NCBI GenBank assembly: GCA_964230645.1
Contig: CAXRHT010000001.1
Location: forward strand, 128,001 to 192,000
Reading direction: 5' to 3'
Source of the DNA: Bdellovibrionales bacterium
GTDB lineage: Bacteria > Bdellovibrionota > Bdellovibrionia > Bdellovibrionales > JAGQZY01
Length of the DNA stretch: 64,000 bases
Below the pieces are notes generated by a model that saw only the letters and a program-made list of their open reading frames with translations, did not search any database and was not told the origin of the DNA. This document shows positions 27,726-38,267 of the stretch, one piece after another. Every line of letters starts with the position of its first letter. Position 1 is the first letter of the stretch. A program made the position numbers and the translations under genes.

Positions 27726-29011
27726 TTTAACGCTCCTTGAATGATTGCATCCACTTGCGAGAGATGTCTTTGACCCGAGAAAATCTCTTCGATGACGGAG
27801 TCATCAAAATAGTCTTTGGTTTCCTCTTTTTTCATCAACTGATCTTTTAAATGCTCACCAGGTTTAAGTTGGTGGGAAACACTTTGCACTTTTTTATAGG
27901 CCTCTTCTCTAGAAAGCCCCTGGTCGACCATATGTAAAAGTAAATGGGAGCTAAACAACTGCCCTTGGGAGAGATCCATATTCTGTTTCATACGCTCAGC
28001 GTCCACCTCTAAGTTTTCAATCACTCCGGCCATTCTATCAAGAGCGTAGTGACTAAGTATAAAGGCATCGGGAAAAATCACTCTTTCTACTGAAGAATGA
28101 GAGATGTCTCGTTCGTGCCAAAGAGCGATATTTTCTAAAGCGGCCAAGGCATTGGAGCGAAGCAGCCTCGCGCACCCAGTGATATTCTCAGAGCTGATCG
28201 GATTTTTTTTGTGAGGCATGGCACTGGAGCCTTTTTGTCCCCTTGTGAAGCCTTCAAAGGCCTCGGCCACCTCATTGCGCTGTAAGTGGCGGAGTTCAAC
28301 GCTCAGTCTTTCAAGCCCTCCAGCCATTAGAGCGATACTTGTAAACACTTCACCGTGGCGATCTCTGGGGATCACTTGAGTGGCGACCGTTTCAGGTTTC
28401 AACCCTAGAGTTTCACAGACCTTAGCTTCGACATCGGGCTTTAAAAACGAATAGGTTCCCACTGCCCCACTGATTTTTCCAATGGCCATTTGATCAAGAG
28501 CGGTTTCAAGACGCGTTTTATGGCGCTTAAATTCCGCATAAAAGCCCGCTAACTTCAAACCAAAAGTGGTTGGCTCAGCGTGCATTCCATGGGTGCGTCC
28601 GCTACAAAGAGTTTGAGCTTGCTTCTGGCTTTGGTCTTTAAGCGCTGAGAGAAGTTTTTCCAGAGCTTCATATAGGACGGGTGCTGCTCTTTTAACCTGG
28701 ACACTTAAGGCCGTATCCAAAGCATCGGAGCTTGTCATTCCATAGTGAAGAAATCGGCCTTCCTCCCCCACATTTTCTGCCATATTGGAAACAAAGGCGA
28801 TGATATCGTGCTTGGTTTCCTTTTCGATTTCTAGAATGCGGTCCAACTGGAAGGAGGCTTTTTCCTCGATCACTGGGTAGGCTTCTTTAGGGATTATTCC
28901 AAGGTCTGCCTGGGCTTTTGCCACAGCCAGTTCCACTTCCATCAAACAAGAAAATCGGGCTTCTTGGGTCCAATGCTGACCCATGGCCTCTCTTGTATAA
29001 CGCTCAATCAC
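27722..29011 (-). CDS. purB: Adenylosuccinate lyase
   Basis: MIERY, GRTHGMHAEP, GSSAMPHKKNP, WHERDISHSS. Confidence 0.97.
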   Translation of the reverse strand: MIERYTREAMGQHWTQEARFSCLMEVELAVAKAQADLGIIPKEAYPVIEEKASFQLDRILEIEKETKHDIIAFVSNMAENVGEEGRFLHYGMTSSDALDTALSVQVKRAAPVLYEALEKLLSALKDQSQKQAQTLCSGRTHGMHAEPTTFGLKLAGFYAEFKRHKTRLETALDQMAIGKISGAVGTYSFLKPDVEAKVCETLGLKPETVATQVIPRDRHGEVFTSIALMAGGLERLSVELRHLQRNEVAEAFEGFTRGQKGSSAMPHKKNPISSENITGCARLLRSNALAALENIALWHERDISHSSVERVIFPDAFILSHYALDRMAGVIENLEVDAERMKQNMDLSQGQLFSSHLLLHMVDQGLSREEAYKKVQSVSHQLKPGEHLKDQLMKKEETKDYFDDSVIEEIFSGQRHLSQVDAIIQGALK

Positions 29012-29114
29012 AAGAAACTCCTTTTTGAGCTAAAATGGCCTTTTATAGACGAGTCTTTAATATTGGTGTCATAACAAATTCAATATGAAAAAGGAAACTG
29101 TTTTCGCGAATTTA

Positions 29115-29681
29115 TCAGGAGTGGTTGAGCCTGTTTGGAAGATATTTTTCAATCCAAAGAGAGACCATTTGATGCTCTTTTTGCTGGATAAGCTCTCGAA
29201 CCTCATCCACACTTTTTTCACTATAGGAGTCTTTTTCAAGAACCTTATCCTGGAGGACCACTTGGCCCGAGTCCACCTCGGCAACCAGAGTGTGAATACT
29301 GACACCAATGTCGTCGTTTTCCTCATAGGCTCTCTCGATAGCCTTGAGTCCTTTGTATTTAGGAAGCAGAGAGGGATGAAGGTTGTAGATGGGGTTTTCC
29401 CACTGATTTAAAAAAGAGGCCGGAATTATTTTCATAAATCCCGCACAGAAAATGAAATCGATTTCTTTAGAAATCAAAGCCTCTGTTAAGCCCTGCCAGT
29501 CGATGGGTGAGCCTAGAACGAGGGTATCTACGTTGTGATCCTTTGCTCTTTTTAGTCCAAAAGCTTTTTGGCTGGAACTGACTACCAGAAGACTTTTAAA
29601 TTGGTCTTTTTGATCAAGGAAAACCTGCAGGTTTGAGCCCCAACCGGAGATAAAAATAGCGCCTCTTTTTAGCTCTGCCAT
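29115..29681 (-). CDS. purN: GAR formyltransferase
   Basis: ISGWGSN, AGFMKI, NLHPSLLP, VDSG. Confidence 0.92.
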   Translation of the reverse strand: MAELKRGAIFISGWGSNLQVFLDQKDQFKSLLVVSSSQKAFGLKRAKDHNVDTLVLGSPIDWQGLTEALISKEIDFIFCAGFMKIIPASFLNQWENPIYNLHPSLLPKYKGLKAIERAYEENDDIGVSIHTLVAEVDSGQVVLQDKVLEKDSYSEKSVDEVRELIQQKEHQMVSLWIEKYLPNRLNHS

Positions 29682-30676
29682 GAACCCGGTAGGTGAAGCG
29701 CCTTTTCGGACTCGATAATTTCTCCAAGATCCATGGCCTCAAAACCAAGCTGGGTGATCTCTTTGCTGACGACCTCGGTTTCATTGGGATCCACCACAAG
29801 AACAAGGCCCACACCACAGTTAAAAGTTTTGACCATCTCGCCGTTTGAGATTTTGCCTCGTTTCTGAGCCTCTTCAAAAATGAGGGGGAAATTCCAAGCT
29901 TTAATCTCAGCCCCGACGCCCTCAGGGAGAATTCTTGCGACATTATGAATGCCTCCACCCGTTATGTGGGCCAGAGCTTTTAATGGTGTATTTTCAAGTT
30001 TTACTAAATTCATTACTAGCTCCACATAAAGAGCCGTGGGTGTGAGAAGTTTTTCTCCAAACTTTTTAATATCCTCTGAGCTTTCAAATAGGCGCCGAAC
30101 GAGTGAATACCCATTGCTGTGAAAACCAGAGCTGCTCACTCCAATTAATTTTTGACCCGGCTTTATAAGATCTTTCCCAAGAATTTTCCTGCGATCGACC
30201 ACTCCTACGGCAAAACCCGCACAGTCAAAGTCCCCTGGCTGGTAGAGTCCTGGCATCTCTGCTGTCTCCCCGCCCATCAACGCCATTTGCGCTTGAAAGC
30301 AAGCTTTCCTAAGGCCACTCAAAAAGCCTTGGGCTTGTTTTAAATCCAGTTTTGAGGTGGCAAAGTAGTCCAAGAAAAAGAGAGGCTGAGCCCCAGTGCA
30401 AATCAGATCATTGGCACACATGGCAACCAAATCCTGCCCAAGAGTGTCGTATTTTTCCATTTGAATGGCTAATTTGAGCTTAGTACCAATGCCATCAGTA
30501 GCGCTCACTAAACAAGGATCTTTGATCTCTGGAAAGTTGAAATTAAAAATGGAGGCGAAACCTCCAATCCCATCCATGATTTTATCTTCATGGAAATTCT
30601 TATCTTTTGATTCTTTGAGCCAATCGACAAAGTCATCACCTTTTTCGATATCAACGCCCGCCTCTTTATAATCCAT
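29669..30676 (-). CDS. purM: AIR synthase
   Basis: YKEAGVD, TDGIGTK, GGETAEMP, HITGGG, TFNCGVG. Confidence 0.97.
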   Translation of the reverse strand: MDYKEAGVDIEKGDDFVDWLKESKDKNFHEDKIMDGIGGFASIFNFNFPEIKDPCLVSATDGIGTKLKLAIQMEKYDTLGQDLVAMCANDLICTGAQPLFFLDYFATSKLDLKQAQGFLSGLRKACFQAQMALMGGETAEMPGLYQPGDFDCAGFAVGVVDRRKILGKDLIKPGQKLIGVSSSGFHSNGYSLVRRLFESSEDIKKFGEKLLTPTALYVELVMNLVKLENTPLKALAHITGGGIHNVARILPEGVGAEIKAWNFPLIFEEAQKRGKISNGEMVKTFNCGVGLVLVVDPNETEVVSKEITQLGFEAMDLGEIIESEKALHLPGSWQS

Positions 30677-30683
30677 GGGCCCA

Positions 30684-30712
30684 AGCCTATAGCCCCGCTG
30701 CTCGTCTGTCCA
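30684..30712 (-). promoter_or_regulatory. Putative sigma70 promoter, leaderless purM
   Basis: TGGACA-N17-TAGGCT-N7-ATG, no SD. Confidence 0.5.
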
Positions 30713-30930
30713 CCACTAACAAAAAGTGCCAGCAAATTCTCCCATCCTCACTGAGAAGTCTAAAAATCAACCCCACCCCAATAAAACAACCCTCTATAGC
30801 GGACGATACTCAATCCTTCACAGGCTGCTCTTTTGTCCAGAGTTGTGTCCCAATTTGAAGCGTTTGGGAGGTCTAGGCTGTCTCCTTTTGAAAAAGATTG
30901 CTAAAATGAGACCTTACGGGGGATTTTCAA

Positions 30931-31650
30931 TTGCGTGCACTGATATTAGCTGTGATTTTTATATTCTGTAACCAGGCAATCGCTCAATATGAAGGCGATG
31001 ACGTCTATGATCCCTTTGCCGATTATTCCGAATTCGAGGAAAACTCCCAAGAAGAAGCCGATATCAACTTTTTTCGCAACGGCCGGTTTTTTAACGTCGC
31101 ACTCCTTTTAGGGGGCCGCATGTTTACAGGGGGCATGGCCACCAATATGGAAGCGGCTCCTTCTCCAGGTGTAGCCTTCACTTATTGGTTCAATCTTCGC
31201 TTAGCCCTGCAGTTTTCTTATATATATTCCCAGCATATTGTAGGACCGGTTATTCTTCAGCCAGGTGCTACAGACTCTGATATCGCAGCCGGAAATATGT
31301 CTCTAACTTCGTTGGCTTTTGATTTAAAATACTATTTAAACACCAATAACGTCACAAGAGGGCTTGCCAACCTCAACCCCTTCTTTCTTTTTGGTTTCTC
31401 CCAAAATTCAAGAGCCTTTTCCTTTGTGGACAGCTTTCAAGTGGGAAAAGACGAAGGGGCCGGTCTTGATCTTGGAATGGGTATTGAAATCCCTATTGCC
31501 AGAAATGAAATGTTCGTGGGCTTACAGTTCGTCTACACATACGTCAACTTCGCCTCAGAAAACAATCCCATCCCCGATTCCAACCCGCCCCAATATTTCG
31601 ACGGCGATATGATGAATCTGCACTTCATCTTCGGCTTCAACTTCCTCTAA
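30931..31650 (+). CDS. Outer-membrane beta-barrel protein with acidic N-terminal extension
   Basis: Signal peptide (AIA-QY), alternating aromatic beta strands, C-terminal FIFGFNFL. Confidence 0.8.
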   Translation: MRALILAVIFIFCNQAIAQYEGDDVYDPFADYSEFEENSQEEADINFFRNGRFFNVALLLGGRMFTGGMATNMEAAPSPGVAFTYWFNLRLALQFSYIYSQHIVGPVILQPGATDSDIAAGNMSLTSLAFDLKYYLNTNNVTRGLANLNPFFLFGFSQNSRAFSFVDSFQVGKDEGAGLDLGMGIEIPIARNEMFVGLQFVYTYVNFASENNPIPDSNPPQYFDGDMMNLHFIFGFNFL

Positions 31651-31652
31651 AT

Positions 31653-31665
31653 GGTGCCTGGCACC
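31653..31665. repeat. Short palindrome GGTGCC-T-GGCACC between convergent genes
   Basis: Fills most of the 16-bp gap between the two stop codons. Confidence 0.5.
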
Positions 31666-31666
31666 T

Positions 31667-32992
31667 TTAAAGGTAGGCTAGTAGGAAGGCGCCTAGAAAT
31701 AGAGGGGGAATTAAGTAAAGAGTGGTCCAATTCCAGAATTTGAAAAAGTAACGAGAGTGAAAGAAAATTTGTTGGTGTGCGAACACTTGGCTTCTTTCGT
31801 TCTTGTCGGTGTATCGAAAAACAAACCATATTGTTAGAATGGCAAGAAGAGGTAGCCCCAAATCAATTAAAATATAATCAAGTCTTAATAGTAGACTCTG
31901 GCCTGACCAGCCTTGCAGGTTCTGCTGCAGGTAAAACACCATGGCTCCATTAGCTACAACGAAAATTAGGTTAAAAAGCTTTAAGAAGAGGGGCTTTTTT
32001 ATGGGCCCATAGATTCTTTTGGCGTTTTGGCTGATCAGATCCAATAGTAAAACAGAGGCAAAAAAACCGAGAATAATAATACCTAAAAAGAAGAGCGCAC
32101 AGTAATAGGTGCCGTAATCTGTATATGTTAGCCAGCGTGGAAGGATTGAGAAAATCCAAGAAGCACCAAAGGGAAGATCACTCACTTGATGAATCAACGG
32201 CAGAGCCATGACACCGATAATAAGAGCAAGAAAAAGAGCACTTATTATTAAATTGATAAAAAAGGATATACTATCAAGTTTTGACTCCTCGGTTTTCAGA
32301 TGACTGTAAAGCCCCACACCGACAAACAAACAAGCCAGCCCGTGCCCAATGGCATCCAAAAGGGAACGAGCGGTCAGCGAGGCGAAATCCGGATAGAGAA
32401 GAACTTTTAGAGCCTCGAAGTTTTGAAGACTAAATATAATTTTCAAAAAGAGGAAGAGTAAAATTAAAAAACAGCCTGGTAGAATCCAGCGTGTGAACCA
32501 GGTAAAAAAGAATCTTTTTCGGAAAACAAACGTGACATAAACAAGCGCTGACCAAACAAGCCCACCCACTATACCAATATCCAATTGAGGCATTTGCGGC
32601 AGATCGCTGGCCTGGCTGGAGAGATTGAGCCAATACTTTAAGAGATAAAAGAAATACAGGCAGGCCGTTCCACTTAAATAAAGAAAAAACCATAGGAAAC
32701 TAAGGAGTATAGCGAGTCTTAACCCGTACCACACAAAAGTTAAGGAAATACTCCATATCGAGCGCTGCCCGCCTTTTTTGATTCGAATTAAGCTTTTAAG
32801 ATCAATGGACTCTAATTTTTTATCAAGAATCCTTTCGGTGATAAGAAGGGGAAAGAGGGCGCCATTCAACACAATAAGAAATATAAGGAGAAAAGCGCCT
32901 CCCCCATTTTCTAAAATAAGATGGGGAAAACGCAGAAGGTGAAAAAGCGTGAGCGTAGTAAAAATTGTCATTAAAAAATGACGAGGAGCCAT
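31667..32992 (-). CDS. Divergent NSS/SNF (LeuT-fold) transporter-like membrane protein
   Basis: RFPHLILENGGGAFL signature, LLYPDF, about 11 TM segments; TM1 GxGN motif absent. Confidence 0.7.
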   Translation of the reverse strand: MAPRHFLMTIFTTLTLFHLLRFPHLILENGGGAFLLIFLIVLNGALFPLLITERILDKKLESIDLKSLIRIKKGGQRSIWSISLTFVWYGLRLAILLSFLWFFLYLSGTACLYFFYLLKYWLNLSSQASDLPQMPQLDIGIVGGLVWSALVYVTFVFRKRFFFTWFTRWILPGCFLILLFLFLKIIFSLQNFEALKVLLYPDFASLTARSLLDAIGHGLACLFVGVGLYSHLKTEESKLDSISFFINLIISALFLALIIGVMALPLIHQVSDLPFGASWIFSILPRWLTYTDYGTYYCALFFLGIIILGFFASVLLLDLISQNAKRIYGPIKKPLFLKLFNLIFVVANGAMVFYLQQNLQGWSGQSLLLRLDYILIDLGLPLLAILTIWFVFRYTDKNERSQVFAHQQIFFHSRYFFKFWNWTTLYLIPPLFLGAFLLAYL

Positions 32993-32998
32993 GCTCTT

Positions 32999-34315
32999 TT
33001 AACCTCGGCTTTTCATTACAAAAATTCGGATGGGAATTCCTTCCAATCCAAAACGGGTTTTTATCCTTTTTGTTAAAAAGCGTCGATAAGCATTGTCTAC
33101 TCCATCGGGATGATTGGCAAAAGCGATAAAGCTTGGAGGCTTCTGACGAGTCTGAGTGAGATAGTAAAACTTCACATTTCTAAGCCCGTAGACTGGAGCC
33201 GGCGCCTGGCGAATGACGTTCATAAAGAATTCATTGAGTTCATTGGTGCTGATCCGTTTTTCAAGTTTTTCTCGCACCTCTTCGATTTTACTAAAAAGGT
33301 CTTTTAAACCCTTGCCGGTTTTTGCACTGATAAAAACGATAGGAATATCGATATAGAAATGAAACTGATCAGAAAGTTTTTCCCTGGTAGTTTTACGAAA
33401 CTCAGGAATATCAGCCTCACCTAAATCAAGCTTATTCACCACAAGCACGACGGCTTTGTGAGATTCCACAATCTCTTGCAGAATTTTTGCATCCTGCTCA
33501 CTGGGACCCTGTACACCATCGATCATCAAAAGTACGAGTTCTGACTTTTTAATAGACTGACTGGTTTTAATGGCGGAAATGGCCTCGACGGCCTCTGTTC
33601 TTTTTGCCGATCGACGCAAACCCGCCGTATCAATCAAGCGATAATCTTTTTCATTGTACTGAAACTCGAAATCCACGGAATCAACAGTCGTGCCAGCTAT
33701 TGTGGAGACCAACATTTTTTTGGCTCCTAGAAGTTGATTGGTGAGCGAGCTTTTACCAACATTGGGTTTTCCGACGATAGAAAAGACAAAACCTTTCTTT
33801 TCCTCCGCTTCGGTATCTTTTAATTTATCACTGATCCATTCAAGAAGCTGATCCACCCCGTAGCGACTCTCCACCGAACACGTTACAAGGGGAATCCCAA
33901 ATTCGTAAAATTCAGCCCCTGCCACATCAAGCTCTCGCGATTTGTCCACTTTATTGACCACAATGAGCATTTCTTTGCCAGACTCCTTAGCAATACGGAC
34001 CATTTCTCTATCTTCAGGACAAAGACCACTTTTGTAATCCATGACCACAAGGAGATAGTCGACTGACTTTAGAAAATCGAGAACATGCTCTCTAATGTGA
34101 GCAGAAATCTCATCTTTGGCTTCGGTTATTCCGCCTGTATCCACCAACTCAAAAGTCTTTCCCCAAAGTTCTGCATCTTCAACGATCAGATCTCTAGTCA
34201 CTCCCGGCTGATTTTTTACAAGAGACCGGCGGGATTCTACCAGATAATTAAAAAGAGTGGACTTACCGACATTGGGGCGTCCAACGATCGCAAAAACAGG
34301 CTTATCGTTTGTCAT
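32999..34315 (-). CDS. der: Ribosome biogenesis GTPase Der
   Basis: Two G domains (GRPNVGKS, GKPNVGKS; DTGG, DTAG) plus KH-like C-terminus. Confidence 0.97.
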   Translation of the reverse strand: MTNDKPVFAIVGRPNVGKSTLFNYLVESRRSLVKNQPGVTRDLIVEDAELWGKTFELVDTGGITEAKDEISAHIREHVLDFLKSVDYLLVVMDYKSGLCPEDREMVRIAKESGKEMLIVVNKVDKSRELDVAGAEFYEFGIPLVTCSVESRYGVDQLLEWISDKLKDTEAEEKKGFVFSIVGKPNVGKSSLTNQLLGAKKMLVSTIAGTTVDSVDFEFQYNEKDYRLIDTAGLRRSAKRTEAVEAISAIKTSQSIKKSELVLLMIDGVQGPSEQDAKILQEIVESHKAVVLVVNKLDLGEADIPEFRKTTREKLSDQFHFYIDIPIVFISAKTGKGLKDLFSKIEEVREKLEKRISTNELNEFFMNVIRQAPAPVYGLRNVKFYYLTQTRQKPPSFIAFANHPDGVDNAYRRFLTKRIKTRFGLEGIPIRIFVMKSRG

Positions 34316-35189
34316 GCTTATACCCCACTTCAGTCATTATACTTTTTTTCTTCATCCAGTTTTTCTTAAAGGCCACATGAAGTCCAAGGAATATCTTTTC
34401 CCCCAAAAGGGATTCGATATTTTTTCGGGCTTCTTGGCCGATCTTTTTTAATTGCGAGCCCTTTTTACCAATAACAATGGCCTTGTGATTTTCTTTTTCA
34501 ATCAGAATATTGGCTTCAATATGAAGCAGATTCTTTTGCCTTTTGTAGGACTTAATCACCACGCCCACTCCAAAAGGGACTTCCTTTTCAAGCTGCAAAA
34601 AACATTGCTCTCTAATAAATTCAGCGACGATTTCTCGGGTGTTATCTAAAGAAATCATATCGGGGTCATAAAGAGGGTGATGCTCTTTTTTAAGAGTTTG
34701 CGCAAGAGTTTTCAGGTACTCGTTTAATACACTTTTGGGATCGTTCTTTAAACTGATGTCAGCTTGGATCGCCTCACCTACCTCTTCTTTAAGCTTTCCC
34801 ACAAAATCGGTCTCTTTAAGGTCTGATTTGGTGAAAAGGTAGCTCTTTGGCTTATTGATATTTTGAACCTTGTCCCAAAACTTGGTGAAGGCTGGTGTTT
34901 CCTTTTGCTCGTGACTCACCAACACCAATAAGTGCTCTGCCCTTTCCACTACATTTTCAAATTCCTTATTGAGAAATTCAAACAAGCCAGGCTTTGACTC
35001 CACAAATCCCGGGGCGTCCAAGAGAATCAATTGATAGTCTTCCTCAGTGATCACCCCAGAAAAGCTCTGCCTTGTCGTTTGGGGTTTACTGGAGACAATC
35101 ACCAATTTTTCACCTAAGATTTCATTGAGAAGAGAGCTCTTCCCCGCATTGGGAAGCCCCAAAATTCCTACAAATCCACAATGTATCAT
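34302..35189 (-). CDS. era: GTPase Era
   Basis: GLPNAGKS, KPQTTR, KH domain with VIGKKG. Confidence 0.93.
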   Translation of the reverse strand: MIHCGFVGILGLPNAGKSSLLNEILGEKLVIVSSKPQTTRQSFSGVITEEDYQLILLDAPGFVESKPGLFEFLNKEFENVVERAEHLLVLVSHEQKETPAFTKFWDKVQNINKPKSYLFTKSDLKETDFVGKLKEEVGEAIQADISLKNDPKSVLNEYLKTLAQTLKKEHHPLYDPDMISLDNTREIVAEFIREQCFLQLEKEVPFGVGVVIKSYKRQKNLLHIEANILIEKENHKAIVIGKKGSQLKKIGQEARKNIESLLGEKIFLGLHVAFKKNWMKKKSIMTEVGYKHDKR

Positions 35190-35875
35190 TTCTCAATCCT
35201 CTCAAGGGCCTGTTTGGCGGCTTTTTGAGCAGCCATTTTTTTTGAGGTTCCCTCAGCGGTCCCCCAACTTTCATCACCCACAAAAACTTCCATCACAAAA
35301 ACCCGAGCGTGATCCGGTCCCGATTGACCAATCACTCGGTAGTTGGGAGTTTTCTTATGTTTTTCTTGGACCCACTCTTGAAACCGGGTTTTGTAGTCCT
35401 TTTCAAAATCATGTTCATCAAAAGCTTGCAAAAGGAGTTCTTGGAACTGATCTTTTATCCAGCTAAATGCCTTTTCATAGCCACTGTCTTTATAGATCGC
35501 ACCAACAACAGCTTCAAACACCGAGGCTACAATACGGGGATTTTCCCGTAAATTATTGTTGGATTCCCTTTCCCCAATGAGCAAATACTTCTGCATGGAA
35601 GCTCCTGTGGCGAGCCGGTAAAGACTCTCTTCATTCACCACACTGGCTCTTTTACGAGAGAGACTTCCCTCTTGATCGGCTTGAAACTGTTCCATTAAAA
35701 GGTCACTGACCACAAGATCTAAAACCGCATCGCCTAGAAATTCGAGAAGCTCATTGTGTTTCCACTCCGGGTTCTCTTTATGAAAACTTTTATGGCAAAA
35801 GGCTTGTTGGAGCCACTGGGAGTCGATGGCTTTATAGCCAATGGACTCCTCTATTTTTTCAAGTTCAAAGTTCAT
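35186..35875 (-). CDS. rnc: Ribonuclease III
   Basis: NELLEFLGDAVL signature, dsRBD (DYKTRFQE, GPDH). Confidence 0.97.
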   Translation of the reverse strand: MNFELEKIEESIGYKAIDSQWLQQAFCHKSFHKENPEWKHNELLEFLGDAVLDLVVSDLLMEQFQADQEGSLSRKRASVVNEESLYRLATGASMQKYLLIGERESNNNLRENPRIVASVFEAVVGAIYKDSGYEKAFSWIKDQFQELLLQAFDEHDFEKDYKTRFQEWVQEKHKKTPNYRVIGQSGPDHARVFVMEVFVGDESWGTAEGTSKKMAAQKAAKQALERIEK

Positions 35876-37197
35876 AGGACCACTCCTGTAAGAAAACCTT
35901 TCGTGCGCCCCATTTGAACTCGCTCATAACCACTAATTTTGACTTCTTGGATTTGGCCTTGTTTTAAATCTCCACGATTTTCTAAGAACACATCCCAGTA
36001 GTCTTGACTAACACTGCGTACGAATTGGTCTTTCGGTTTTAATAACAACACTTTTTTAACTTCACCCACTTGCTCGGAAGCTCTTGTGTCAAAGCGCTCA
36101 TCACTCAGCGCCCTTAAAAATTTCGCACGCTCCTTGCGCACTTCCCATGGAACCACTTCCGTCATTTGATCCGCTCTCGTCCCTTTGCGCTCACTGTAAG
36201 GGAACACATGAATTTTGGTCCATGGCCAACGCTTAAGATTTTCAAAGGTCTCTTGAAAAAGCTCTTCAGTCTCCCCAGGAAAACCGGTAATGACATCTAG
36301 ACCCACGAAAGCTTTTGGAAACTCCCTAGCAATCCATAAAAGAGACTCTCCAACTTGCTCGGCCGAATAATTACGCCTCATGCCTTTTAGAACGGGGGTT
36401 GATAGAGACTGCAAACTCATATGAAAATGAGAGCAGAGTCTTGGATTTTTAAAAAGACGCATCAGCTTTTCGGTGAGCTCAATGGGTTCAAGGCTTGTCA
36501 GACGAATGCGTGGAATTTCTGTGGAATTAAGTACTTGCTCAACCAAATCATCAAGAGCGTAGGGGCCACCAAAGGTTTCCTCATCCAAATAATCGCCGAT
36601 ATGCACACCTGTCAGAACCACCTCGTTCACACCTTGGGCTTTGAGCTCCTTAATGCGACGAAGAAGAATGGGAACAGGCAGGGAGCGACTCTTGCCTCTA
36701 GCAAAAGGAATCACACAGAAACTACAAAAGGAATTGCAACCGTCCTGAATTTTTAAATAAGATCGGGTGTGATCGGCTTCCTCACCTCCACCCACACCAA
36801 GAGCTTCGTTACGGAAAATATTGGAGCGATGGACCTTTTTTTCTTCCTCACCTCTTAAGTACTGCTCAATGATTGTTCCTAGTTGCGCTTTATGAGAATT
36901 GGCAACGATAAGATCAATCGAGTCCACATCATCAAGCATTTCACCATCGACTTGCGCAGCACATCCCGTGAGAATCACTTTGGCCTCAGGGTTTTTACGT
37001 TTGATTCTGCGCGACTCACGGATCACTTCTTTGGTGGCTTCTGCCGTCACCGCACAGGAATTTAAAATATGAAGAGGGGCTTCACCTTTAGAGTCATACT
37101 CAAAACGGCCCTCAGCAAGACGCTTTTGCACTAGCCCTGTGTCGTAAGTATTAACCTTACAGCCATAGGTTTTGATCTGAAAAGGGGTTTTACTCAC
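35872..37197 (-). CDS. mtaB: tRNA t6A37 methylthiotransferase
   Basis: [26 protein letters not shown] radical-SAM motif, [11 protein letters not shown] start overlapping mnmA stop preferred. Confidence 0.92.
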   Translation of the reverse strand: MSKTPFQIKTYGCKVNTYDTGLVQKRLAEGRFEYDSKGEAPLHILNSCAVTAEATKEVIRESRRIKRKNPEAKVILTGCAAQVDGEMLDDVDSIDLIVANSHKAQLGTIIEQYLRGEEEKKVHRSNIFRNEALGVGGGEEADHTRSYLKIQDGCNSFCSFCVIPFARGKSRSLPVPILLRRIKELKAQGVNEVVLTGVHIGDYLDEETFGGPYALDDLVEQVLNSTEIPRIRLTSLEPIELTEKLMRLFKNPRLCSHFHMSLQSLSTPVLKGMRRNYSAEQVGESLLWIAREFPKAFVGLDVITGFPGETEELFQETFENLKRWPWTKIHVFPYSERKGTRADQMTEVVPWEVRKERAKFLRALSDERFDTRASEQVGEVKKVLLLKPKDQFVRSVSQDYWDVFLENRGDLKQGQIQEVKISGYERVQMGRTKGFLTGVVL

Positions 37198-38267
37198 CGG
37201 ATCCATCCTCCACCGATGAGTCTTTTGCCTTGATAAAAAACGGCCGCCTGCCCAGGAGTTATGGCCCTTTGCTTTTCAACAAAACTCACCTCACAACTGC
37301 CATCATCTTTGCGCAAGAGCTTAGCCGGAGCCCCTTTGTGAGAGTAACGGATTTTAACCTGATAGTTATCCTCTTGCGGAGTCTCTAACCAATGACAATT
37401 ATCAATGGTCATACTTTGAGAATAAAGATCTTTTTCTTCGCCCACCCATACTTCGTGGGTGTCTGGGTCGACTTTCAGAACATAGAGCGGACACTCGGCA
37501 GAAATACCCAAACCTTTTCGCTGACCATAGGTAAAGTGATGAATACCATTATGCTCTCTTAAAACCTCTCCACTGGGATAGCGTTTCATGAGTCCCTTTT
37601 TTTGAGGAACTTGCGAGTAATGGGTATCAATAAACTCACCGTAGCCCGCCTGATCCACAAAACATATGCCAACGGAGTCTTTCTTCTTTGCTACCACCAA
37701 ACCTTTTTCCTCAGCATAACGGCGAACGTCTTTTTTGTTCATGTCGCCAACTGGGAAAAGAAGTTTTGGAATCAGCTCGGGATCAATTGTAAATAGAAAA
37801 TAGGTTTGATCTTTCCAGTCGTCCTCGCTGGTCACAATTCCCCACTGATCTTTTTCGTTTTTTTCTAAGGTCGCATAATGACCGGTGGCCAAATAATCAC
37901 AAGAAAGCTCTTTCATTTTTTTTATTAAGTGATCAAACTTCAAGTAAGTGTTGCAGTTTACACAAGGTAGAGGTGTTTTTCCCGCCATATAGGAAGACAC
38001 AAAAGGATCTATCACTTTTTCACGAAATTCATCTTCACAGTTAAGAACATAAAAAGGAATACCTAAACGATCGGCGACATCTCGGGCATCATCCACATCT
38101 TCACTGGAACAACAGGTGCCCGTGCCCTCTTCGATATCACACTGAGAGTAGTCCCAAACTTGCATCGTCACACCAATGACTTCGTAACCTTGATCGACTA
38201 GGAGACTGGCTGCAACGGAGGAATCCACTCCCCCACTCATGGCCACTAGAACTCGTCCCTTAGACAT
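37194..38267 (-). CDS. mnmA: tRNA 2-thiouridine(34) synthase
   Basis: [35 protein letters not shown]. Confidence 0.97.
   Translation of the reverse strand: MSKGRVLVAMSGGVDSSVAASLLVDQGYEVIGVTMQVWDYSQCDIEEGTGTCCSSEDVDDARDVADRLGIPFYVLNCEDEFREKVIDPFVSSYMAGKTPLPCVNCNTYLKFDHLIKKMKELSCDYLATGHYATLEKNEKDQWGIVTSEDDWKDQTYFLFTIDPELIPKLLFPVGDMNKKDVRRYAEEKGLVVAKKKDSVGICFVDQAGYGEFIDTHYSQVPQKKGLMKRYPSGEVLREHNGIHHFTYGQRKGLGISAECPLYVLKVDPDTHEVWVGEEKDLYSQSMTIDNCHWLETPQEDNYQVKIRYSHKGAPAKLLRKDDGSCEVSFVEKQRAITPGQAAVFYQGKRLIGGGWIR

Noticed and set aside
22578..30676. Incomplete purine pathway (no purD/E/K/H here)
   Set aside because: These genes are often elsewhere; absence cannot be judged from one window
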